NCBI GenBank assembly: GCA_964373795.1
Contig: CAYJVY010000006.1
Span: 68,325-100,324, forward strand
Origin: an uncultured archaeon
Lineage (GTDB): Archaea; Iainarchaeota; Iainarchaeia; Iainarchaeales; DATDZZ01
Length of the DNA: 32,000 bases
Direction: 5' to 3'
Under the pieces are notes generated by a model. That model searched no databases, was not told the DNA's origin, and worked only from the letters and a program-made list of their open reading frames with translations. Of this stretch, positions 15,838 through 23,560 are shown piece after piece. Made by a program: the position numbers and the translations under genes. Every line of letters begins with the position of its first letter. Position 1 is the stretch's first letter.

Positions 15838-16410
15838 ATGAATTTAATTTCTTTTTTTGAATTAGTTGGAAAACTAAAAGAATTCAAAAGAGCTGGCTGG
15901 ATTTATAAAAAAGTTTCAAATCCTGAAAGCATTGCAGATCACATGTACAGAGTAGCATTAATGACTTATGTTTTAGCTCCTCAATTTAAATTAAATCAAA
16001 GCAAATGCATTAAAATGGCTTTAGTTCATGATTTGTGTGAAGCAATTCATGGCGATATAGCAGACCCTCAAAATGGAGATATGTATTTTAATGGTAAAAA
16101 AATCTCACGTGAAGAAAAAAGCAAGTTAGAAGAAGACTCACTTGAACAAATAACTTCTTTTCTTAATCCAAAAATGAAAAAAGAAATAATTAAAATGTTC
16201 CTCGAAACTGAAAAAAAAGAAACTGAAGAGGGAAAATTTGTTAAACAATTAGATAGACTGGATTTGGCTTTTCAATTACTTGAATATGAATGCAAGCGTT
16301 CAACTGAAAACTTTGATGAATTCTGGGAAGACTGTGAAAGCAAAATTTATTGGCCTAAATTAAAAAAAATTTTAAATGAGTTGAAAAAGAAGCGAGTAAA
16401 GTTTTCATAA
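15838..16410 (+). CDS. HD-domain phosphohydrolase, YfbR/HDDC2-like 5'-deoxynucleotidase
   Basis: The 190-aa product has RAGW, ESIADHMYRVALM and HDLCEAIHGDI (H...HD...D metal ligands). Confidence 0.75.
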   Translation: MNLISFFELVGKLKEFKRAGWIYKKVSNPESIADHMYRVALMTYVLAPQFKLNQSKCIKMALVHDLCEAIHGDIADPQNGDMYFNGKKISREEKSKLEEDSLEQITSFLNPKMKKEIIKMFLETEKKETEEGKFVKQLDRLDLAFQLLEYECKRSTENFDEFWEDCESKIYWPKLKKILNELKKKRVKFS

Positions 16411-17049
16411 TAGAATTGATTTTTTTCCATAAACTAGTTCATGAAGTCGTTTATATTCATCTAACTCAGGTTTACCATATCCTACTTCAAAAAAAATTTT
16501 AAACCCTAAATCCATTAAGTCTTTTAATGCTGCTTGTTTGGTTAGTTCACTTAAACCTTTTGCATCTAAAAATTGTCTTATTTTATGCGTAGAACCAAAA
16601 ACATCTCCATTAATAAATAAAAACAATGCATCATGTTCTTCTCTTTCAATAGGAACATCTGTTTTTGCTTGCATCTTTTTGAACAACTCTGTTTGCCTAT
16701 TCCAAACATCTGTTCTTTTATTAGGACTTAATCCTTGGAAATCCTCTGTAAATTCCCCTTTTTTAGTTATTCTTCTCTCTTTTTCAGGTAATCTTTCTTC
16801 AAGATTTAAAGTCTGACCAAAAATTTTTTCATGCAACCTAACAAAGGTTTTACGAAGCTCTTGAGCTTCAGCACTATCATGCGGAATAGATGAAATTTTT
16901 TCAATAAGGGCATCGTGTTCTCTTAACAAAACATCTCTTTCTCGTTCAGGCAAAGCACTAAAAGTATGACTATATACTATTGCCCTTGATTTAGGAGCTG
17001 TAACTATAGGTCGCTTTCCACGACGACCAGTTGTCCTTCTTTCAATCAT
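16405..17049 (-). CDS. Hypothetical protein with an Arg-rich N-terminus, downstream of the methyltransferase gene
   Basis: The track ORF starts at GTG 17058; the first ATG is at 17049 (MIERRTTGRRGKRPIV...). It is co-directional with the MTase gene and 54-63 nt downstream of it. Its 3' end overlaps the HD gene stop by 6 nt. I recognise no family. Confidence 0.55.
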   Translation of the reverse strand: MIERRTTGRRGKRPIVTAPKSRAIVYSHTFSALPERERDVLLREHDALIEKISSIPHDSAEAQELRKTFVRLHEKIFGQTLNLEERLPEKERRITKKGEFTEDFQGLSPNKRTDVWNRQTELFKKMQAKTDVPIEREEHDALFLFINGDVFGSTHKIRQFLDAKGLSELTKQAALKDLMDLGFKIFFEVGYGKPELDEYKRLHELVYGKKSILL

Positions 17050-17112
17050 TTTTGTCACAATTTAATATTGATATAAATTAGTTTAGGAATTCAAAAATAT
17101 AAATCTTTGCAC

Positions 17113-18255
17113 TCAGTTTTTGAGTAGAAAAACAATGCTTTCCTTCATTACTCCCACTTTTTCAGTTCTGTTTCGCATGCAAAACCTTTTGTTTACAACA
17201 ATTATTTCTTGAACTTGAAAACCAATTTTTTCTGCAAGAACTGCAAGTAATTCATCTGATTCAATTACTTTTTCGGGAAAACATCCTTGTCCTATAATTA
17301 AGGCTGCTTTTCCTTTTGGCTTTAATACTCTGAACATTTCTTTTAAAGCTAAATTCATGTCAAAAAAATATGCTTTAGCAATTTCAGGCAATTTTTTGTC
17401 AAAACCTTCTTCAAAAACTTGTTTAATTTCTTGTGAAACATTTTCTCCAATAAAAGATCGAACTGCAGGTTTGCCTGGCTCGTTAAAGAAAAGGTTTTGC
17501 TCTATTGCATAAACATTTGCATACTCAATTTTATTCAAGTAAGGAGGGGAAGAAATAATTGCGTCAACAGAGTTTTCAGGCAAAGGCAAATTCCTTGCAT
17601 CAGCTTTTTCTACAACTATTTTTGAAGAACTCGAATGAAAGGATTTTAATTCTTTAAAGAATTTTTGCATTACTTGTTTGAAAAGCTTTCTAAAAGGAGG
17701 CAAGTGACGTTTTTTATTAAACTTAATTGCTCCTCCATGTTTTTCAGCGTAAGTGCATTTAGTTGAAGCATTAATTAATCCAAGCAAAAACAAGTCTTGA
17801 ATTTCTTTTTCTTGAATTAATTCAATAATTTTTGTTTTAAAAAAAATTATGTCTTCTAATGCATAAATTGAAAACGCGCGTTTAATAAATTTAGGCAATT
17901 CACCAATTTTTATGCGTTGAAATTTTTCTGCAAACAATTTCTTTGCAGCAGCATGCAATTTTTCTAAATCATAGTTTTGAGTTTTAACTTTTGCTGCAAA
18001 AACTGCTACAGTTGAAACATCAAATGCAAAGCAATTCAATTCTAATTCCTTGCATGCAAGAGGAGTTGTTCCAACTCCACAAAAAGAATCTAACACTGTT
18101 TGTCCTTCTTGCAAGCCAAATTTTTTTGCAAGCAAAAAAACTAGTTCGCGAGAAAAACCTTCCTTATAGTAAAGCCAGTTATAAATTCCCAGTTTTTTGT
18201 TTGAAACAAAAGTAGCCAATTCACCTAATCCTAATTGTTCTAAAGATTTGAACAT
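17113..18255 (-). CDS. SAM-dependent DNA methyltransferase, SPPY motif IV (N4-cytosine/N6-adenine amino-MTase)
   Basis: The 380-aa product has motif I LDSFCGVGTT near residue 56 and motif IV IISSPPYLN near residue 235, with about 180 aa between them as a candidate target-recognition region. Confidence 0.75.
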   Translation of the reverse strand: MFKSLEQLGLGELATFVSNKKLGIYNWLYYKEGFSRELVFLLAKKFGLQEGQTVLDSFCGVGTTPLACKELELNCFAFDVSTVAVFAAKVKTQNYDLEKLHAAAKKLFAEKFQRIKIGELPKFIKRAFSIYALEDIIFFKTKIIELIQEKEIQDLFLLGLINASTKCTYAEKHGGAIKFNKKRHLPPFRKLFKQVMQKFFKELKSFHSSSSKIVVEKADARNLPLPENSVDAIISSPPYLNKIEYANVYAIEQNLFFNEPGKPAVRSFIGENVSQEIKQVFEEGFDKKLPEIAKAYFFDMNLALKEMFRVLKPKGKAALIIGQGCFPEKVIESDELLAVLAEKIGFQVQEIIVVNKRFCMRNRTEKVGVMKESIVFLLKN

Positions 18256-18307
18256 ACTAGAAATTGATGTGAAAAGAAATTAAAATACATCTTTGTTTGA
18301 TTTTTAC

Positions 18308-18496
18308 ATGATTAAAAAGAAACCTGAAAAAGCATTTGTTTTAGACTTGAAAGGAAAAAGATATTACTATGCCGTTGGCAACACAAAAAGCTATATTGCT
18401 GCACATGAAGCAAGAGCAAGAAAAAATAAATGGTATGTGCAAGAAGAAAGAAAAAAATTCAAGGAAAAAGTGAAAAGAATTCAAAGAAGAAAATAA
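18308..18496 (+). CDS. Small basic hypothetical protein (62 aa)
   Basis: ATG is at 18308; the track start at 18293 is TTG. AAATTAAAATACAT lies about 20-30 nt upstream. The tail is Lys/Arg-rich (KKFKEKVKRIQRRK). It is convergent with rbcL, 6 nt apart. Confidence 0.35.
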   Translation: MIKKKPEKAFVLDLKGKRYYYAVGNTKSYIAAHEARARKNKWYVQEERKKFKEKVKRIQRRK

Positions 18497-18502
18497 TTCA
18501 AT

Positions 18503-19798
18503 TCATTTCGGCTTTAAATGACCCCATTTTTCTAGTGCTTGAGCTAATTCTTTGTGTTGTTTTGCTGCTTCTTCTAAGGTTTTTCCTTCAAGAGTTGCAT
18601 TTATTGCTTGCATTGAAGCCACTGCACCACTTAAAGTGCCTTTTGGATGTCCATGAATTCCTCCAGAAACAAGAATTACGCAGTCATTGCCAAAAATTTT
18701 CATTACATCTGGAACTAATCCGGGATGTAACCCTCCGGATGAAACAGGAAAAGCAGGTTTAATGTTTTGCCAGTCTTGTTTTAAAACTCCTTCACTTTCT
18801 TTTACTTGTTTTTCACGCAAAGTATTAGCTATTTCTATAACTTCGTGCTTTGATCCAACTAGTTTTCCTACAGCTGTTCCTGCATGAATTTGGTCAACTC
18901 CAATTAAGCGATTAATTTTTGCTAAAAACTGCATTGAAATTCCGTGTTTTGGATTGCGATCAAAGGATGCATGCATTGCTCTATGAGCATGAATAGCCAT
19001 TCCCATGTCTCCAAGTTCATTGCGCAAAGTTTGCACTGCAGCAGCTCCAACTACAACTACGTCAATCATTGCATATCTCCATCCATGTTCATGCAAAAAT
19101 TTTGCTCGCTTAATCATTTCCTTTGTTTCAGCAGTAATATTTAGAAGCGCGTCTTTTTGTTCGCCAGTAATTTTTTCAGCTTTGTCTCTAAGCTTTGTCA
19201 TTAATTTCACGCGTTCAAAAAAATTATTAAATGAAGTAGAGGAAAGATTTTCATCGTCTTTCACTAAATCAAATCCTCCCATCCAGGTTTGAAAACCAAT
19301 TTCTGCATGTTCTTTTGCAGAAAAACCAATTTTTGGTTTTGGAACAGCTCCTGTTAGAGGACGTTTTTGAACTTTGAATAATTTTCTTAGTCCTTGAATT
19401 CCTTGTCTAGGACCTTTAAAAGAATTCACATATTCTTTTGGAAAACATGCATCAATTAATTTCAAATTTTTCAATGCTTTCATTCCAAAAATATTGCCTG
19501 CAATTCCTGAAAGCATTTGAGGCATGTTTCCTTTTTCCCATAAACCAAGTGGATAAGCAATTTTCACTAAATTTCCGCGAACTTCAAAAGCAGTTGCCAT
19601 TAAGCCTTTCATTCTAGGAGGCAATTTGAATAAAGTAGTCCAAGTTCCAGTTGAACTCTCTGAAGCAATTCTTCCAATTGCTTCATTTCTGGAAATTCCT
19701 GCAGCTGGTTCAAAATAATATAAAACAATTACATCGCTTTTAGTTGGAGAGTAATGCAAGTTAATGAATTCATCATACCAATCAATTTTTTTAGTCAT
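18503..19798 (-). CDS. rbcL: Ribulose-1,5-bisphosphate carboxylase/oxygenase large subunit, archaeal form III type
   Basis: The 431-aa product has GGFDLVKDDENL (carbamylated Lys in KDDE), GIAGNIFGMK, IHAHRAMHA, VSSGGLHPG and SGGIHGHP. No small-subunit gene is nearby. The N-terminus YDEFINLHYSPTKSDVIVLYYFEP is typical of form III. Confidence 0.92.
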   Translation of the reverse strand: MTKKIDWYDEFINLHYSPTKSDVIVLYYFEPAAGISRNEAIGRIASESSTGTWTTLFKLPPRMKGLMATAFEVRGNLVKIAYPLGLWEKGNMPQMLSGIAGNIFGMKALKNLKLIDACFPKEYVNSFKGPRQGIQGLRKLFKVQKRPLTGAVPKPKIGFSAKEHAEIGFQTWMGGFDLVKDDENLSSTSFNNFFERVKLMTKLRDKAEKITGEQKDALLNITAETKEMIKRAKFLHEHGWRYAMIDVVVVGAAAVQTLRNELGDMGMAIHAHRAMHASFDRNPKHGISMQFLAKINRLIGVDQIHAGTAVGKLVGSKHEVIEIANTLREKQVKESEGVLKQDWQNIKPAFPVSSGGLHPGLVPDVMKIFGNDCVILVSGGIHGHPKGTLSGAVASMQAINATLEGKTLEEAAKQHKELAQALEKWGHLKPK

Positions 19799-19818
19799 GA
19801 AAGTAATAGGAAAAAGGG

Positions 19819-19828
19819 ATATAAAAAG
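19819..19828 (-). promoter_or_regulatory. Putative TATA box for rbcL
   Basis: The minus strand reads TTTTTATATC, 21-30 nt upstream of the rbcL ATG. Confidence 0.35.
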
Positions 19829-19845
19829 TTTTCGGCTTGCAAAAG

Positions 19846-19853
19846 TTTATTAA
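19846..19853 (+). promoter_or_regulatory. Putative TATA box (TTTATTAA) for the vWA protein gene
   Basis: It lies 25-32 nt upstream of the ATG at 19878. Confidence 0.35.
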
Positions 19854-19877
19854 GATCTTTCAACTTTTAAGAATTAA

Positions 19878-22778
19878 ATGCATGAAAAAAAATTAGTAAT
19901 TCAGAAAAAGTTTTTACCAAAATTTTTATTCCTAGGAATTTTGTTAATTATTTTGATTTTATTAGCTGGTTGCATAAATTTAAATCTATTTCAACCTGAA
20001 CAAGGAGTAATTAATTTAAGGGTTTTCGATGGGTTTGGAGTGCCATTAAATGAAGTGAAAGTCTTTAATAAAACTGAATTACTTGGAAAAACAAACAATG
20101 AAGGATATTTTAATTATAAATTTCCTGCAACGAAAAGACTATTGTTAAACTTTAAAAAAGAAGGAAAAATAACTTTTTTTAAAATATTTGAAATAACTCC
20201 AAATAAAACAACTTTTTATTCAATTAAACTTGACTCCAAAGCAGAACCTGTTTTAATTAATTCACTTGAAGGCGGTTCAATAGGATTGCAAGGAAAAAGA
20301 ATTGAAATTCCTGCAAATTCTTTGTTTTTTGAAAATGGAAAAAAAGTTGAAGGCAATGTAGAGGTTTCAGTAAATTTTTTCGATCCAACAAAACCTCAAG
20401 ACTTGGAGAGTTTTCCAGGAGATTTTAGTGGAATTGATTCTCAAAACAAGGAACAATTAATTGAATCATTTGGATTTGTAAACATTGAAGTAGAAAAAGA
20501 AAAACAAAAAGTTAACCTTAAAGAAAATCAAGCAATACTAGAAATTCCTATTTCAGAAGATGCAAATGCCCCTCAAGAAACAGGGTTGTGGTTTTTTGAT
20601 GAAGAAAAAGGAACTTGGGTTGAAACAGGAACACTAGAAAAAAAATGCGTTAACAGTAAATGCTTTTACAGCGGAAAAATCTCTCACTTTTCAACTTGGA
20701 ATGCAGACAAATCATATGAAGTTTTAACAGTGCATGGATTAATTTTTAAAAGCTCAATGATAAAAGAAGCATTATTTGTTACACTTGGATTAGCATTTCC
20801 TCAATACAGAATAGGATTATTTGCTTTCAAAGTAGGATATGACGTAATTTTTAGTGGTAAAAGTTTTTCAAAAGCAATTACAGATAACGTTTTATCTTTT
20901 GTTGGAGGAAATATTGCAAGACAGTTTGGTTTGGGAGATGCATATAATTTAGGAAAAGTTCAATATGCAATTTTTAAGGATGTTTCAAAAATTCAAACAC
21001 GCATATTAATGGAAACCTTTCAAAGTGATCCAAATAATTGGACTTCTTCAAATATTGAGGAAAAAATTTATAATGGAATGATTGAAAGATATAATCAGCC
21101 TTTCAAGACAGATGAAGAATTAGATATAAGACTTCCTCCAAAAATGGACACTCCAATAGAAGGCGATTTTATTACCGATCTAACTTACAATGTTAACAAA
21201 TTACCTGAACCAAGAGAAGTTAGACTAGATGTTGACAAACCTTTATTGAGAGAAGCCATTAGAGAAACTACGCCTAGTTTAATGGATTTAATTACAAGAA
21301 AAACTGGAAAACAACCAGGATCAAAGTTAACTGAAAAAGAAATCGAAAAAATTAATCAAGAAATGCCTGACGAGGTATTCCATGCAACTGTGACAAGAGT
21401 TGTATTGGGTTTGCCTGAAAAAGAAGCAGAAAAAACTTTTATAAATAAATCAGGAAAACCACAAAAAATTGAAGAAATATTAGTTGAATTAACAAAGGCT
21501 TCACTTAATGCCGCAAAATTATTTAAAGAAGGCAATATTTCTCCAATTGAAAATGCAAGCGTAAAAGCAAATGGATTAGACTATTCTTCTCAAACTAGAA
21601 GTAATTCAAATAAATCAGGAGAATACACAATTGCTACAAAAAAAAATTCTAAAGTAGAAATACAAGCATTTGTTCCAGGGTTGGCTGTAACTCCTTTAGA
21701 AATTAAAACAGATAATAGAAATGTTCGTCCCACAGATAATTCTGAATCATTTCAAAGAATCCTACCAATACTGTTAACAAAACCAGACAAAAAAGCGGTA
21801 ATAGTATTAGATGTTTCTGGTTCAATGGAATGGCCAATAGGTTTTCCGAACGACTTTAATTATGAAGACAAAAACGTTCAACAAATTTTATTTGATTTTA
21901 ATGCAGAAAAAAATAGGGATGAATATACAGAAGAACTCTTAAAATATTTAAAAGAAAAAAATATTGATAAAAGCGAGTATATTAGAATTGATGCAGCTAA
22001 AAAAGCACTTCTTTCATCAATTGATTTATTTAAAGAAAATAATTATGCAGTTTCATTTATTACTTTTTCTAGCTCTGCAAAAATAGAAATGCCTTTAACG
22101 TTTGAATACAATAAGTTAAAAGAAAAAATAGAAAACCTTTCCATAAGTGGTGGAACAGATATTGAAGGCGCAATAAGTGAAGCATTAAATGTATTAGGAG
22201 AAAATGGAATAATAATTTTTATCACAGACGGCGAAGATCCTGATAGTAAAAAAAGAATTATGCAAAAAATTGATGAATACAATGTAGTTGAAATAGCCAA
22301 AAATAAGAATGTAAGAATTTGCACTATTGGAATAGGCTTTCCTACAACAGTTGATTCAGAACTTTTAAGTTATATTGCAAATAAAGCAAGTTGCAACTAC
22401 AAGTTTGGGGAAAACCTTAGCAAAATTAAGTCATCAATTTTAGAAAATATTTATACTGAAACAGGAATTATATTTATTACGGAAACAAATAAACTTAAAT
22501 CAAATGAAAAGCAAGTTATAACTAAATTCAATGCAGGAAATGAAACTAATAAACTAAAAATATATTTAGTTTCAAATGGTTCTCCAGAAATTGCATTAAT
22601 TGATAAAAGTGGAAATGAATCAAAAAAACAAGCGGAAGAAGACACTCCTCTAATTATAGAGATAGATAAACCAACTGTAAACCAGGAATATTCTGTAGAA
22701 GTAAGAAATAATTCTGAAAAAGAATTAAATTTCACTATAACTATTTCCTCTGAGGGACAAGCTCTTCAACCAATTTAA
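19878..22778 (+). CDS. Large surface protein: lipobox signal peptide, carboxypeptidase-regulatory-like beta-sandwich domains and a C-terminal von Willebrand factor A domain
   Basis: The 966-aa product has an N-terminal hydrophobic segment ending LLAGC (Cys32). GVINLRVFDGFGVPLNEVKVF...NNEGYF and a second NKSGEYTI segment resemble CarboxypepD_reg domains. The vWA MIDAS is VIVLDVSGSM...GGTDI...ITDGED. Confidence 0.75.
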   Translation: MHEKKLVIQKKFLPKFLFLGILLIILILLAGCINLNLFQPEQGVINLRVFDGFGVPLNEVKVFNKTELLGKTNNEGYFNYKFPATKRLLLNFKKEGKITFFKIFEITPNKTTFYSIKLDSKAEPVLINSLEGGSIGLQGKRIEIPANSLFFENGKKVEGNVEVSVNFFDPTKPQDLESFPGDFSGIDSQNKEQLIESFGFVNIEVEKEKQKVNLKENQAILEIPISEDANAPQETGLWFFDEEKGTWVETGTLEKKCVNSKCFYSGKISHFSTWNADKSYEVLTVHGLIFKSSMIKEALFVTLGLAFPQYRIGLFAFKVGYDVIFSGKSFSKAITDNVLSFVGGNIARQFGLGDAYNLGKVQYAIFKDVSKIQTRILMETFQSDPNNWTSSNIEEKIYNGMIERYNQPFKTDEELDIRLPPKMDTPIEGDFITDLTYNVNKLPEPREVRLDVDKPLLREAIRETTPSLMDLITRKTGKQPGSKLTEKEIEKINQEMPDEVFHATVTRVVLGLPEKEAEKTFINKSGKPQKIEEILVELTKASLNAAKLFKEGNISPIENASVKANGLDYSSQTRSNSNKSGEYTIATKKNSKVEIQAFVPGLAVTPLEIKTDNRNVRPTDNSESFQRILPILLTKPDKKAVIVLDVSGSMEWPIGFPNDFNYEDKNVQQILFDFNAEKNRDEYTEELLKYLKEKNIDKSEYIRIDAAKKALLSSIDLFKENNYAVSFITFSSSAKIEMPLTFEYNKLKEKIENLSISGGTDIEGAISEALNVLGENGIIIFITDGEDPDSKKRIMQKIDEYNVVEIAKNKNVRICTIGIGFPTTVDSELLSYIANKASCNYKFGENLSKIKSSILENIYTETGIIFITETNKLKSNEKQVITKFNAGNETNKLKIYLVSNGSPEIALIDKSGNESKKQAEEDTPLIIEIDKPTVNQEYSVEVRNNSEKELNFTITISSEGQALQPI

Positions 22779-22780
22779 AT

Positions 22781-23305
22781 TTAAGTTGAAGGCCCTGTTC
22801 CTGTGCGCCAGTTAGTTTCTCCTTTTGGACGCCAAAAATCTTCATCTTTAAATCCCCCATCAGAAGTTCCAGTGCGAATTTTTTTTCTTTCAATTGGATT
22901 GCCTTTTGAATCTTCTTTCCAAGCCCATTCTCCATCAATTTTCCAAGGCTTTGAAGTTGGCTCTGGACAAATTTCTTGACCATGTCTTTCAAACTCTGTT
23001 TCTATGAATTGATCAAATTCTTGTGATTTATCATTTGTTACTTGATGTCCTGTAACATATCCACAAGGAATAGTTGGAGAAGTTACTTCTAATAAACAAG
23101 CACTTGGAATTTCAGGAGGAGATGGAAAAGGGAACTCAAAAACTCCATTTACTGCATTCATTTTAGTTGGTAAGACAGGGCATTTTGTGTTATATTCAAA
23201 AACTTTCAAGTTTATTTCATCGTTTGCATTAGAAATTAATTTACAATCAGAGTCAACTATGTGAAAAATGGCAATCCTCTTCAGTTGGAGTAAAATTTTC
23301 TTCAC
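22781..23305 (-). CDS. Cys-rich secreted-protein fragment, probably the C-terminal part of a frameshift-split lipoprotein gene
   Basis: The open frame begins at GTG 23305. It has no nearby ATG, no signal peptide and no promoter. It overlaps the upstream lipoprotein ORF by 53 nt in another frame. It contains 5 Cys and a Trp/Gly-rich C-terminus. Confidence 0.5.
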   Translation of the reverse strand: MKKILLQLKRIAIFHIVDSDCKLISNANDEINLKVFEYNTKCPVLPTKMNAVNGVFEFPFPSPPEIPSACLLEVTSPTIPCGYVTGHQVTNDKSQEFDQFIETEFERHGQEICPEPTSKPWKIDGEWAWKEDSKGNPIERKKIRTGTSDGGFKDEDFWRPKGETNWRTGTGPST

Positions 23306-23522
23306 TTGTATCTGTTTTTGGATTTGTTTCTGATGAAAGATTGTCTTCTTTGCTTGAAAAATCTTTTCCTGAAACAGGTTTATCTGAATCGACAGCAGGT
23401 TTATCTTGTTTAGAAATTTTATTAGTTATGCTATCCAAGAGGTCAGGTGAAAGTGATTGGTTAATACAACCAGTTAAAAAAATTAATACAAAGATTAGTG
23501 CAATGAATAAAATTTTTTGCAT
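23253..23522 (-). CDS. Lipoprotein signal peptide plus Ser/Asp/Lys-rich linker, probably the N-terminal part of the same split gene
   Basis: The 89-aa product begins MQKILFIALIFVLIFLTGC (lipobox LTGC, Cys19), followed by a low-complexity linker. It terminates just after an A5/T5 tract at 23264-23268. Confidence 0.55.
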   Translation of the reverse strand: MQKILFIALIFVLIFLTGCINQSLSPDLLDSITNKISKQDKPAVDSDKPVSGKDFSSKEDNLSSETNPKTDTSEENFTPTEEDCHFSHS

Positions 23523-23560
23523 GAAATTAAATGGAAAAAGAAGTATTTAATTATTGCTGC

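Noticed and set aside
18430-19292. Four plus-strand ORFs (110, 66, 66 and 95 aa) inside rbcL
   Set aside because: They are antisense to RuBisCO and have no independent signals.
22741-22992. An 83-aa minus-strand ORF overlapping both the vWA gene end and the lipoprotein fragment
   Set aside because: It sits in an alternative frame of a region already explained by two better-supported genes.
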